Source: a virus (taxonomy: Duplodnaviria > Heunggongvirae > Uroviricota > Caudoviricetes). From it: DNA of 64,000 bases. Each line of letters begins with the position of its first letter. Position 1 is the stretch's first letter. This document shows, in pieces, positions 38,457 through 47,753 of this stretch. The position numbers and the translations under genes are program-made. The notes under the pieces were generated by a model. The model was not told where the DNA came from, ran no database searches, and saw only the letters and a list, made by a program, of their open reading frames with translations. The stretch lies in IMG/VR virus record IMGVR_UViG_3300032007_000002. One strand, written 5' to 3'.

Positions 38457-39362
38457 ATGAAAGCGTTTATTCTATCCGACATACATGTTGACACATGGTT
38501 TGAAAATGTCGTTGACCGGAAACGGTGGAAAGTCCCCACCCCGGACAAGGACGTTGTCCCGGAAACGATGGATTGGCTGTGGAAATTCCGTGAATATCCT
38601 GTTACTGACGCGTTGATAGTTGCCGGCGACATAGCCAACGACTACCAGTCGTATGTCCAGACGGTGGAATGGCTCTCCAAGAAATACAAGAAGGTCTATA
38701 TCTGCGTAGGCAACCACGATATTCTTGTGCGCCACGCTACCCCGTATGCGTCGAACGCGAAGTTTGCGCTTTCCGAGGACAAGCTGGATGCTATTCTCAT
38801 GCAGGACTTGAAGTATGACAATGTCCATATAATCGAGGGCCGGCAGGTTGACGGTATCGCCGGGTGTATGGGCATGTGCGATCTGAAATGCGATGCCATG
38901 CCGGGGTTCGATTACCGGACCGCGTGGCGCAGGTCGTGGTTCGATGGCCGCAACTGGCGCTACATGAACCAGGAACCGGGCAAGATTTGGAACTACTATG
39001 ATGCGATGCTTACCGGGCTTTGCAAGGCTGCGCCGAAGATTGTGATGACGCACTTTGCCCCGTTCCAGGTCGGCGTGAACTGGAAATACCGCAACAATCG
39101 TGGAAATGTCTTCTTCTACTACCAGGGAGAGAAGTATCTCGACTTGCTGCCTGACGGGACGACCTGGATATGCGGCCACATTCATGACCAGAAGATTTGT
39201 GAGTGGGTGAACTCGTCCGGTGCGCACATCCGCATACTCTGTAACCCGTCCGGTTACCCGGGCGAGGGACGGTCCGAGGCCGACACGGTGAAGGTGGTCA
39301 ACGGGAAAATCGAACGGGACATCGTAACGACGACCCATGAGGACTTCATCATAGACATTTAG
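38457..39362 (+). CDS. Calcineurin-like metallophosphoesterase
   Basis: SDIHVD, AGDIA, GNHD, THFAP, CGHIH, NPSGY. Confidence 0.9.
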   Translation: MKAFILSDIHVDTWFENVVDRKRWKVPTPDKDVVPETMDWLWKFREYPVTDALIVAGDIANDYQSYVQTVEWLSKKYKKVYICVGNHDILVRHATPYASNAKFALSEDKLDAILMQDLKYDNVHIIEGRQVDGIAGCMGMCDLKCDAMPGFDYRTAWRRSWFDGRNWRYMNQEPGKIWNYYDAMLTGLCKAAPKIVMTHFAPFQVGVNWKYRNNRGNVFFYYQGEKYLDLLPDGTTWICGHIHDQKICEWVNSSGAHIRILCNPSGYPGEGRSEADTVKVVNGKIERDIVTTTHEDFIIDI

Positions 39363-39375
39363 AGCCCCTCCCGCT

Positions 39376-39384
39376 TATAAACTG
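39376..39384 (+). promoter_or_regulatory. Putative late promoter TATAAACTG
   Basis: Recurrent motif 21 nt before ATG 39406. Confidence 0.72.
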
Positions 39385-39405
39385 GAGAAAAACGACGGTT
39401 TATTG

Positions 39406-40920
39406 ATGGCAGCGGGTGTAATCATACGCAAATACACGGGAAAGGACGGGAGTTTCGGAACCCTCGTTTCTTCCCTCGGCATCAAGAGGGTGGACACTTG
39501 TGTGCCCGCTGTTTATTCGTCCGAACGTCTCGGCGGAAGGGTCATCCCGGCGGATGACGCGTCCGAGGCGGCATACTACTGTATCTATGCCGAGGAGGAC
39601 AGGAAGTGCACCGCATACTCGATGGAGTGCGTGTTCAAGATCCACCTCGAAAAGGCGCCCGATGTCCAGCTCTCCAACATAAGGATTTACCCGGAAGGCG
39701 AACCCCCGATGGACGGGAAGGTTCACCCCATCCTCCGTATCGGCAACTCCGTGGGCTATTCCAAGCCGACCAACACGAAGTCGCAGAAGGCCATCCACAA
39801 CATCTGGGATTTCAGCAAGGAACACCCGTTCTACCTCACGGTCGCGGGCCTCTATGGCCAGGTTCCCGATCCGTCGCTCGGTGTGTCCGAGTACACGGTG
39901 GAATACAAGGACTACGGGTTCGGCAATGTGATTGCGCTCAATGGCGAGCGTCAGGTCGCGGTGCCGGTCGCTACCAAGACTGACAGTGAGAAGGACATCG
40001 TCGTTACCTTCCTCAACCGCAGTTTCAACCGTAGCGAGGATTACACCCAGGAACCGGCCAACTTCATCGAGTTCCTCGGCCTCAAGGAAGACGGGACGCA
40101 GGAACTGCTCGGCGCCCCCTACGTGTCCGTCAAGAAGACCGTCGATGGCGAACTTCTCACGCTTACAGTGAAGAAGGGAGATGACAACCTCATGGCCAAA
40201 TACCCGGCGGGCCTCATCTACCGCATCCCGAGCTTCGACGGCAAGGAACACCCGAACAGCGGGTACATGGTATTCTGGGTTCCCCTCTACAACAGCGCCA
40301 CGGGTTTCGGCAAGCCGGCTTACGTTCCGCACCGCTGGTTCATCCAGAACCGGGATAACCTGACCTACAAGGTCACCGAGGAACCGACCACCCAGCCGGG
40401 CGAAAAGCCGGTAATCTCGTTCGATGTCGAGGCCCGCGACGAGGGCTGCGGCCATTTTGTCTATTACCTGAACGGGGTAAGGGCTCCCCAGCTGATTTTT
40501 GATCCGGGCTGCATTTACCACTTCGTGAACCACACCGGGAGCGCTTTCCCGATGCGCCTGGTGGGGAACTTCAACTCCCCGATGGCTTCCGACATCAACG
40601 ATGTCGTGACTGACGGCGTCATTGTCCTCAATGGCGGGACCGACGAGGAAGAGATTACGATCGATGTCGAGGCCGCCCTGAAGGCGAGCCGGATGGTCGG
40701 CGGCTACCAGTGCGTCTGCGCCCCGTACATGGGCAACGTGGTATATAACCACCCGCTCTTCATGTGCGGCCAGTATAACATGTGCCGCGTGGGTGGTGGC
40801 GTGTATAACCCGCTGCTTGCGGGCGAGACCGACTACGTCTATTTGCAGCTGGAAGTGCCCGGTGATGCCGAACCCGGCTATGCCGTCCCTCAGCTCCATA
40901 TAGAGTATGATGAAAACTAG
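39406..40920 (+). CDS. Putative virion structural protein
   Basis: Late promoter; beta-rich; YYLNGVRAPQLIFDPGCIYHF resembles a module seen in T4-like structural proteins. Confidence 0.65.
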   Translation: MAAGVIIRKYTGKDGSFGTLVSSLGIKRVDTCVPAVYSSERLGGRVIPADDASEAAYYCIYAEEDRKCTAYSMECVFKIHLEKAPDVQLSNIRIYPEGEPPMDGKVHPILRIGNSVGYSKPTNTKSQKAIHNIWDFSKEHPFYLTVAGLYGQVPDPSLGVSEYTVEYKDYGFGNVIALNGERQVAVPVATKTDSEKDIVVTFLNRSFNRSEDYTQEPANFIEFLGLKEDGTQELLGAPYVSVKKTVDGELLTLTVKKGDDNLMAKYPAGLIYRIPSFDGKEHPNSGYMVFWVPLYNSATGFGKPAYVPHRWFIQNRDNLTYKVTEEPTTQPGEKPVISFDVEARDEGCGHFVYYLNGVRAPQLIFDPGCIYHFVNHTGSAFPMRLVGNFNSPMASDINDVVTDGVIVLNGGTDEEEITIDVEAALKASRMVGGYQCVCAPYMGNVVYNHPLFMCGQYNMCRVGGGVYNPLLAGETDYVYLQLEVPGDAEPGYAVPQLHIEYDEN

Positions 40921-40928
40921 CGACATCT

Positions 40929-40937
40929 TCTAAACTA
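40929..40937 (+). promoter_or_regulatory. Putative late promoter variant TCTAAACTA
   Basis: Same variant as at 2866. Confidence 0.6.
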
Positions 40938-40984
40938 ACTTACAAAACACGATACCGGCAGTGTCCGGTGAAAGGACAATAGCT

Positions 40985-42622
40985 ATGACCAATCAGGAAC
41001 AAGTCAATTCTATCCTCGCAATGGATGATGACCTTGCCAAGGTTGAATCCATCACTGATGGAATGCCGGTTGATGATTATTCGCCGGAAGACAACAAGGA
41101 ACTCACGCTTGACGACATTTTTGGCGTGACCGCCAACGACCAGCCCCAGACATTCGGGGACTCGTTCGCTCCGCTTGGTGACGACACCAAGACCGAGGAA
41201 GGTCGCGAGATGATTACGCAGGCGTTCGTTTCCGAGCTCAACAAGCTCCCGGACCAGAAGATTGAAATTGCCGACATCCCGGCAATCGCGGCCACGGTTC
41301 AGATGCGCACCGGCGCAAAGGGCGACGTCGAATCCTTCCTTGCCAATACGGTGATGCAGACCGTCAATACCCTCGCCGAACAGAACAAGACCGAGCTCAA
41401 CCCGGATGGTGCTGTCAGCGAAATGGCGAAGGAAACCCAGGAACGCGTTCAGGGCGAAGGCCCGGCTGTCGACCAGTTCGGCAACCCGACGGGTGATGCC
41501 GCGACCGGACCGCTCCCCGAGGTCCCCCCTCTTGCCCCGACCCCGGAGCCGAGTCTCCCGACTGAACAGAGCGCCCCGGCTGACGACCTCAATGGCCTTC
41601 TCCCGCCGGATGATGTCCCGCCTGCAGACCCGAACGCTGCCGGCCCGGAAGGTGACGGAACCCTCGGCCTTGCTGACATCGGCGTGAGCGACGACGATCT
41701 CGCTGCTGCAAACAGCGCCCTTGACAACATTGATGCCGCTCCTGCTCCGGCTGCTGATGCCGGTGTGCCGGAAGCAACCGACACCGCCGGTCTTGACGAC
41801 GCGCTTGCCGGTCTCGACAAACTTGACGACAACATGTTCTCCGGCGATGGTGCTGGTGCGGCTGCGGGCACTGACGCATCGCCTGCCCCCGAAACTCCGG
41901 CGCCGGAAGGTGGCGAACCCGCCGCTACGGAACCTGCTGCCGACGACACGAAGCCGGAAGACGATAAGGACAAGGACGGCGCAAAGGTAGAATCTGCCAA
42001 CGATGACAGCCTTCCACCGATGCTCGAATCCGCCCTCGACACCATCCACTCCGAATACGTTGCCAAGACCCATGCCAGCGAAGACGCTGCCGCTGCGCAG
42101 AACTTCGTTCGTAGCGTTGCCGCTATGATGGAAGCCAAGGACAAGAAGGCTGCTGCCATGGCCGAAGCCGCTGCCGACCGTCGTGCAAAGGCTGATGCAA
42201 TCATGGAAAGCGTAATCAATGCCAATGACCGCAAGGCCATGCTTGAAAACGCTGCCAAGAGCCTCATCGCCGACCGCAAGTCCAACGACCGCGCCTATGC
42301 CATGACCGAAGGCATCATTGCCAAGGCAGGTGCCGGCATGAAGGCCCTCGCCCAGCAACAGGCCATGGTCGAATCTGCCACTGCCGCTCATGCCAAGGCT
42401 GCTGAGACCGCTGCCACCAAGTTGCAGAGTGAGCTCAACAACCTTCTCGAAAGCGCCGACGCTCCGAAGGCTGCCGAACAGGCTCCGATGGTCGAAAGCG
42501 CCGCACAGCCGGCCCCGAAGGCTGACCCGGTTGCAAAGCGCACTGCTCTCATCGAAAGCATCGTTGACCAGTCCGCCCAGGCCCGCCTCGGTGCAATTCG
42601 CGACCGCGTTCAGCAGATCTAA
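40985..42622 (+). CDS. Putative prohead core/scaffolding protein
   Basis: Very acidic, Ala/Pro-rich, helical C-terminus with about 10 hydrophobic-x-E-[SAGN] motifs; AAAGGA SD; strongly biased codon usage. Confidence 0.62.
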   Translation: MTNQEQVNSILAMDDDLAKVESITDGMPVDDYSPEDNKELTLDDIFGVTANDQPQTFGDSFAPLGDDTKTEEGREMITQAFVSELNKLPDQKIEIADIPAIAATVQMRTGAKGDVESFLANTVMQTVNTLAEQNKTELNPDGAVSEMAKETQERVQGEGPAVDQFGNPTGDAATGPLPEVPPLAPTPEPSLPTEQSAPADDLNGLLPPDDVPPADPNAAGPEGDGTLGLADIGVSDDDLAAANSALDNIDAAPAPAADAGVPEATDTAGLDDALAGLDKLDDNMFSGDGAGAAAGTDASPAPETPAPEGGEPAATEPAADDTKPEDDKDKDGAKVESANDDSLPPMLESALDTIHSEYVAKTHASEDAAAAQNFVRSVAAMMEAKDKKAAAMAEAAADRRAKADAIMESVINANDRKAMLENAAKSLIADRKSNDRAYAMTEGIIAKAGAGMKALAQQQAMVESATAAHAKAAETAATKLQSELNNLLESADAPKAAEQAPMVESAAQPAPKADPVAKRTALIESIVDQSAQARLGAIRDRVQQI

Positions 42623-42652
42623 TTGAACTTATTCTCTAACCTCCTTTGAAAT

Positions 42653-42685
42653 AGACCCGCCAATCGGCGGGTCTTCTACGTTTTT
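42653..42685 (+). terminator. Intrinsic terminator
   Basis: AGACCCGCC-aatc-GGCGGGTCT then TCTACGTTTTT. Confidence 0.75.
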
Positions 42686-42708
42686 GTAGCCACTGTCCCT
42701 AAAACGAC

Positions 42709-42717
42709 TATAAACTA
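42709..42717 (+). promoter_or_regulatory. Putative late promoter TATAAACTA
   Basis: Exact motif 22 nt before ATG 42740. Confidence 0.78.
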
Positions 42718-42739
42718 CAGTCCAGAAAAGGAACAGTAG

Positions 42740-44917
42740 ATGCCGGGACATTTTAGTGGACGTTTGACATCGGCTATTGAGAGGGCCAACAAGGCGACAC
42801 GCGGACGCGATGGCGCCTTTTATAGCATCCTCAACGAGCGCGGTTTCTATGACATTGATGACGAGAACAATGGCCTGACGCCGGAACAGCGTGCAGGTGT
42901 TCCCGCATACAATCAGCGCCGCATGTCCGCGTTGTGCGACTCCATTTCCGACATGATTGCCGATTTCCTGATGAACGAGGATTATGGCGTAATGACTACG
43001 ACCCTCGAACAGATTGTCGACAAGCTGGACCAGCGTTCTACAATGAACAAGGCGTCGATGGACACCGTTACTGGCATCCTGGCTGCGATACCGGGCGGCC
43101 AGGCTGTCAAGGGCGCCACCATGTCGATGGAGCAGGTGATTGCTGCGATTATGGGCGGCAATCCGTTCGACCCGGATCTCATCCCGCCGCTCGCTCTCGG
43201 GTTTCCGGGTCTGCCCGTGGACATCGCGTCCTGCTTCAAGCCCGGTTATTTCAATGCTGACTGGACATTTCTTTACGACCACGAGATTTTCAAGAGCAAG
43301 AAGGTCTATATCGGCCCTGATGGCAGTCCGTCCATCGGCGCTGGCATCCCGCTTACTTTGGGCGGGAAGGCGAATGTCCTTGTTTTGAAGATGATTTTTA
43401 GTGTCCCGACGACGAACGGTGACGGCATGCCGGAAGGCGACGTGGCCAACGGCATTACCGCCGAGCAGTTCGACATCCTGATGAAGGCATCCAAGATGAC
43501 TTCGGAGGCGGAAATCGAGAAGGACGAGGCTGTGTCCGGCATCGAGCTCACTGATGGACAGATGCGGGCATCCTATTTCAAGTATATCCAGATGACGCTG
43601 TGGGGCGTAATCAGTAACCGCAACAACTGGGCATATCTCCATTGGGGATGCCTCACGAACAACTCCTGCCCGGAACCGGTGAAGACTGCCGTCTGCAGCT
43701 ACATCAAGACGAACGGGCTTGCGCTGAACCCGGACACTTCGCCGGAAAGCTGCCTGATTTCGTATCTGGTGAATACCGGCATGAACTATTATACCGGTGC
43801 CACCCGCAGCCTTGCCTTGATCGAGATTGACGGGACGGAATACATGGACGGCAAGACCAAGCAGAAGGTCAAGAAGGGTTCCTACGAATGGCGCGAGTGC
43901 CCCGATGGCGTCCCGAAGAATACCAATCTGGCGAACCGGTATTTCGCCATGCTCGCCGACGTGATTTCCCGCATGACCTATGGCAGCAACCCGCACGCGG
44001 ACGAGCTGCGCAAGCGCCGTGTGGACGAGGCGAACCGTATCTATGACTACCTCGGCATGGGGACGATTACTTACGGCAAGGTCCTTACGAACAAGGACAT
44101 CGTGAAGGAGGCCGTGGAAAGCCGTGGCTTCTTCAAGCTGGTTAAGGCCCCATTTAAGGTTTACGGGAACGACTCCATCAAGATACCGAACGACCCGGGT
44201 GACATCGACATCCATGTCGCATGCCAGACGGAGGTCCCGCTTACCGACATCTCGATGGCCACGTTGCGCTATATCTGCCGCGAGGCCGGCATCCAGGGTC
44301 TCGTGGTTACGTCGATTTACCGTTCTCCCGAGAAGCAGGCACAGACCATGCTCGGCAACCGTCTTAACGCGAATGGCGGGCGCCCGGTCACATACGCCCC
44401 GCCGGGAAAGTCGGTTGACGACAAGTATGACGAAGTTTCCAAGAAGCACCATCATGGCGCCGTTGTGAAGTTGCAGGGCTCCGAGGTGGAGGAAGCCCGC
44501 TGTGCGATGACCGAACAGGTCAAGAAGTGCATGAACGAGGGCAAGTTCGTTTCCCGTCACGTAAGCGACGGTACCATCATGCAGGCAATCGACATCGGCC
44601 CGAACTCCACCAAGTCGAGGTTCCGCTATTCGTCCGAACAGCTCATGCGCCTGCACGGCGCCTGCATGGCGGCGAAGAAGGCCGGGTATCTCCGGTCGTT
44701 CCTTGCGCCGAAGGCCGAATACGGCGGACCGGGCGACGATCCGGCGTTCCATATCGAGGTGTGGTGCGATTTTGGGCATCCGCACGTTCCCGAGGATGCA
44801 GGCGGTGCGATGCCGTTGCCGACGGTGGATGTGAAGGTTGCCAATGCGAACCTTTTGAACAAGGACATGTTTGACGCGTGCTTCACCAATGACCAGGTAG
44901 CCGCATCGAGAGGATAA
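42740..44917 (+). CDS. Putative two-domain peptidoglycan hydrolase: GH24-like lysozyme plus M15-type zinc peptidase
   Basis: DHEIF...VYIGPDGSPSIGAG and LRKRRVDEA (GH24-like); VTSIYRS...SRH...AIDI...FHIE (M15). Confidence 0.68.
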   Translation: MPGHFSGRLTSAIERANKATRGRDGAFYSILNERGFYDIDDENNGLTPEQRAGVPAYNQRRMSALCDSISDMIADFLMNEDYGVMTTTLEQIVDKLDQRSTMNKASMDTVTGILAAIPGGQAVKGATMSMEQVIAAIMGGNPFDPDLIPPLALGFPGLPVDIASCFKPGYFNADWTFLYDHEIFKSKKVYIGPDGSPSIGAGIPLTLGGKANVLVLKMIFSVPTTNGDGMPEGDVANGITAEQFDILMKASKMTSEAEIEKDEAVSGIELTDGQMRASYFKYIQMTLWGVISNRNNWAYLHWGCLTNNSCPEPVKTAVCSYIKTNGLALNPDTSPESCLISYLVNTGMNYYTGATRSLALIEIDGTEYMDGKTKQKVKKGSYEWRECPDGVPKNTNLANRYFAMLADVISRMTYGSNPHADELRKRRVDEANRIYDYLGMGTITYGKVLTNKDIVKEAVESRGFFKLVKAPFKVYGNDSIKIPNDPGDIDIHVACQTEVPLTDISMATLRYICREAGIQGLVVTSIYRSPEKQAQTMLGNRLNANGGRPVTYAPPGKSVDDKYDEVSKKHHHGAVVKLQGSEVEEARCAMTEQVKKCMNEGKFVSRHVSDGTIMQAIDIGPNSTKSRFRYSSEQLMRLHGACMAAKKAGYLRSFLAPKAEYGGPGDDPAFHIEVWCDFGHPHVPEDAGGAMPLPTVDVKVANANLLNKDMFDACFTNDQVAASRG

Positions 44918-44920
44918 AGT

Positions 44921-45664
44921 ATGGCGAAGAGATACCAGAACAGGAAGCTAGAATTTGACCGCATGGTGTATGCGTATCTAGTGAAGCGCTTGCGCGAGCC
45001 GATAAACGTCACTGACTCCTACCAGGTGGGTGCCGTTGACAGTTTCGGTGCGGCCAAGGCTGACAACATCAAGGCGTTCTGGGCATACACGCCCCTGGAC
45101 CGGCTGATTTTCAACCTCCGTGCTGTCCTCGGTGACCAGGTGAAGGCGTTGCCGGCCGATTTTGACGATGCGGAGACGCTAATGCTCATGACTTCCGCGT
45201 CGGATCCGTCCAAAATCCATTCGAAGTATGACGGCATCGTGTCCATCGTCGAGGAATTGACCTATCTCCCGCCCGAACAGCGCTGGACCGGGGAGCCGTA
45301 TCTCGACAAGGATTCCGAGCTTACCTACCCGGAGCGCGTCTCTCGCGCACTGACCGTCGCCACCGCCATGCTTTACTGCATGAAGGTCGACGGGACGCCG
45401 GCCGCCCCGATTTTCGGCAAGATTAAGGATGCGGTGGAGTCCACGTTCTCCATCCGTTCTATCGGTTCCGCCGACGAGATACTCGGCCTGATGAAGTCGT
45501 CGGGTGTCGCCGATTACCGTGACCTTACCAACGAGGGCTACCTGACGCTGGTCAGGATGGCCAAGTGGATAGTCGGCCACGGCCTTCTTGCGGGCGACGG
45601 GACACAGGACGACCTGTCCGGGAATTGGAAACAGTTATCCACTGTGGGGAAAGATGGCGTATAA
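44921..45664 (+). CDS. Hypothetical protein resembling a conserved T4-like phage family
   Basis: VYAYLVKRLREP..TDSYQVGAVD...AYTPLDRLIFNLR recalls a recurring T4-like hypothetical; function unknown. Confidence 0.7.
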   Translation: MAKRYQNRKLEFDRMVYAYLVKRLREPINVTDSYQVGAVDSFGAAKADNIKAFWAYTPLDRLIFNLRAVLGDQVKALPADFDDAETLMLMTSASDPSKIHSKYDGIVSIVEELTYLPPEQRWTGEPYLDKDSELTYPERVSRALTVATAMLYCMKVDGTPAAPIFGKIKDAVESTFSIRSIGSADEILGLMKSSGVADYRDLTNEGYLTLVRMAKWIVGHGLLAGDGTQDDLSGNWKQLSTVGKDGV

Positions 45665-45857
45665 CGGCTTGCCGATATTCGATGTCGAGGAATGTGATCT
45701 CCTCCTCGTGGCGGGTTGCAAGCACTCGCCTTCGGCGCGTTTGCTCGCGAAGCAAATCGTGGACAAGAAATTGCGCGAATTTTACGAAAAACAGCGAAAA
45801 CCGCAATTTGTGGTCCGCTGCAACGACATCATGGTCACATACGGTGTCAAAACATAG
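45654..45857 (+). CDS. Small hypothetical protein (67 aa)
   Basis: ATG overlaps the end of the previous gene; fills the gap before the portal gene. Confidence 0.6.
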   Translation: MAYNGLPIFDVEECDLLLVAGCKHSPSARLLAKQIVDKKLREFYEKQRKPQFVVRCNDIMVTYGVKT

Positions 45858-45882
45858 TTTTAAGGAAAGGATTGGATAATAC

Positions 45883-47568
45883 ATGCTGACACATCCAGAA
45901 GAACCGAGAGAGACTTGGAGTACCAAGGTCCTGAAGCATGCCAGGGACTTTGGTATCGGCAACCCGAGGGGTGCCGACTTTGAACGTCTTTTCAACAGGG
46001 AAGACAGACTGCGTGAGGTGACTGCCGCCGAGAATACTGTCGGCGAGGGCATCACCCAGATGACATACCCGAACGGCAGCGCGACCGACGGGTTCAGCAC
46101 ATACACGCCAGCCTACAACTTCTCCGACGAGAGGTTCGACCCGCAGCAGTTTCAGAACGCGGTCGCCGAGAACCAGGTCAACCTGTTCTGGCGCAAGAAC
46201 GTGGAACGTGCGCTTAAATACGATACGGTCGCGAAGCGTGCCGAGGTGAACGAATCGCTCATCCAGATTTGCAACGAGGCGGTCTATGAGGACGACATTG
46301 GCGACATCTGCTCGCTTGAAATCGACCAGGACCTCGTCTTGGGCGATCCGGTCAAGAAGGAGCTCTGCCGTATCTTCCGACAGGAAGTCCTCCGCCGCAT
46401 CATGAATTTCCGCCGTGTCGGCGCGGAACAGATGCGCTACTTGCTTACCCGCGGGCGCCTGTTCTACGAAATCATCTACGACCCGAAGTCCAGGAAGATA
46501 GTCGGCCTGAACATGCTCCCCGAGGAGAACATGGTCATTATCTACCAGAACAACCTCATCATCGGCTTCCGCCAGATGTTGAGCGGAGCGGCCTTCTCGC
46601 AGACGGGCGGCAAGAACTACATTGATTATTCGCCGAACCAGATCCTTTATGCCTCCCTCGGTATGTATGGCCCGGGCGGCATCAACGACACCCGTTCCAT
46701 CCTGGAACCGGCCATGAAGCCGTACAACCAGTTGAATACGATTGAAGATTCCGTCGTGATGTACCGTGTCCTCTGGGGTAGCGAAAAGCTGATGATGAAG
46801 ATCGATACGTCGGGTATGAACCGCATGCAGGCCGAAAAGTTCATGAAGGACCAGGCCAAGCAGTTCTCCCGCCACCTCGACTACAACCCGATGACCGGCG
46901 AGATTACGAACTTCGGCAAGGTCGTGGGCCTTACGGAACACTATCTCGTGTCCCTCGCGAAGGGCCGTACCGGTTCGACCATCGAACGCATGCAAGGTGG
47001 CGAACAGCTCGGCAACATCGACGACCTGAAATTCTTCAAGCGCAACCTCGTCAACTCGATGATGGTGCCCCCTGGCCGTATCACCGCGCTTGCCGGGGAC
47101 AGCAACAACTACTCCAACGGAAAGATTGGTGAAGTCACACAGGCCGAAGTCTCGTTCGCCAAGCTGGTGCAGAAGTATCAGGCGCCGGTCGAGGACATCA
47201 TGATCCGCCTGTTCGTGATGGTGCTCGAAACCCACAAGGAATATAACGACGACATCAAGGTCCGCGAGAATTTCAGCGTGAAGTTCAGGCGTTCCAACGG
47301 CTTCCAGAACTTCATCGACGCCGATGTGTGGGGCTCCCGCCTCGAAACGTTCTCGAAGATGATGGACAACACCATCTCCAAGGAAAAGCCGGATGCGCCG
47401 CTTTCCAAGAAGTTCGCCTTGAAGTACGGTCTCCGTCTCAACGACGACGAATACACGAAGAACGCCGAATGGCTGGCCCGCGAGAAGGCCGAGGCTGCGG
47501 GCGAGGCCCCTGCCGGAGGCGAGGGCGAAGCCGGTGGCGAAGATGCCGGTGGGCCGCCGATAGGGTAG
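45883..47568 (+). CDS. gp20: Portal protein
   Basis: EICNEAV-like QICNEAV, SILEPAMKPYNQLNTIEDSVVMYRV, GGEQLGNIDDLKFF, EVSFAKLV: T4 gp20 family motifs. Confidence 0.93.
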   Translation: MLTHPEEPRETWSTKVLKHARDFGIGNPRGADFERLFNREDRLREVTAAENTVGEGITQMTYPNGSATDGFSTYTPAYNFSDERFDPQQFQNAVAENQVNLFWRKNVERALKYDTVAKRAEVNESLIQICNEAVYEDDIGDICSLEIDQDLVLGDPVKKELCRIFRQEVLRRIMNFRRVGAEQMRYLLTRGRLFYEIIYDPKSRKIVGLNMLPEENMVIIYQNNLIIGFRQMLSGAAFSQTGGKNYIDYSPNQILYASLGMYGPGGINDTRSILEPAMKPYNQLNTIEDSVVMYRVLWGSEKLMMKIDTSGMNRMQAEKFMKDQAKQFSRHLDYNPMTGEITNFGKVVGLTEHYLVSLAKGRTGSTIERMQGGEQLGNIDDLKFFKRNLVNSMMVPPGRITALAGDSNNYSNGKIGEVTQAEVSFAKLVQKYQAPVEDIMIRLFVMVLETHKEYNDDIKVRENFSVKFRRSNGFQNFIDADVWGSRLETFSKMMDNTISKEKPDAPLSKKFALKYGLRLNDDEYTKNAEWLAREKAEAAGEAPAGGEGEAGGEDAGGPPIG

Positions 47569-47582
47569 CGCATGACCTCCTA

Positions 47583-47617
47583 AAGGCACCTGGAACAACC
47601 GTTCCGGGTGCTTTTTT
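47583..47617 (+). terminator. Intrinsic terminator after the portal gene
   Basis: GGCACCTGGAAC-aacc-GTTCCGGGTGCT-TTTTT. Confidence 0.85.
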
Positions 47618-47707
47618 CATTTCAATGTATGATTTTCGACCGTTTTCGGGCGGCTGCCGGGGAAATACTAAACATGAGGTGAATTTTCGGTAGAAGGTCG
47701 CGGATGC

Positions 47708-47732
47708 GGGTTTCTGCCAGGTTCAGAAACCC
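47708..47732 (+). other. Hairpin in the capsid-gene leader
   Basis: GGGTTTCTG-ccaggtt-CAGAAACCC (9-bp perfect stem) just upstream of the AAAGGA SD. Confidence 0.55.
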
Positions 47733-47753
47733 TAACCAAAAGGAATTGCAAAT

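Noticed and set aside
38457-39362. Metallophosphoesterase as the missing gp47/Mre11 partner
   Set aside because: THFAP, WICGHIH and NPSGY fit the stand-alone phage phosphoesterase type, and it is not linked to gp46; not fully excluded.
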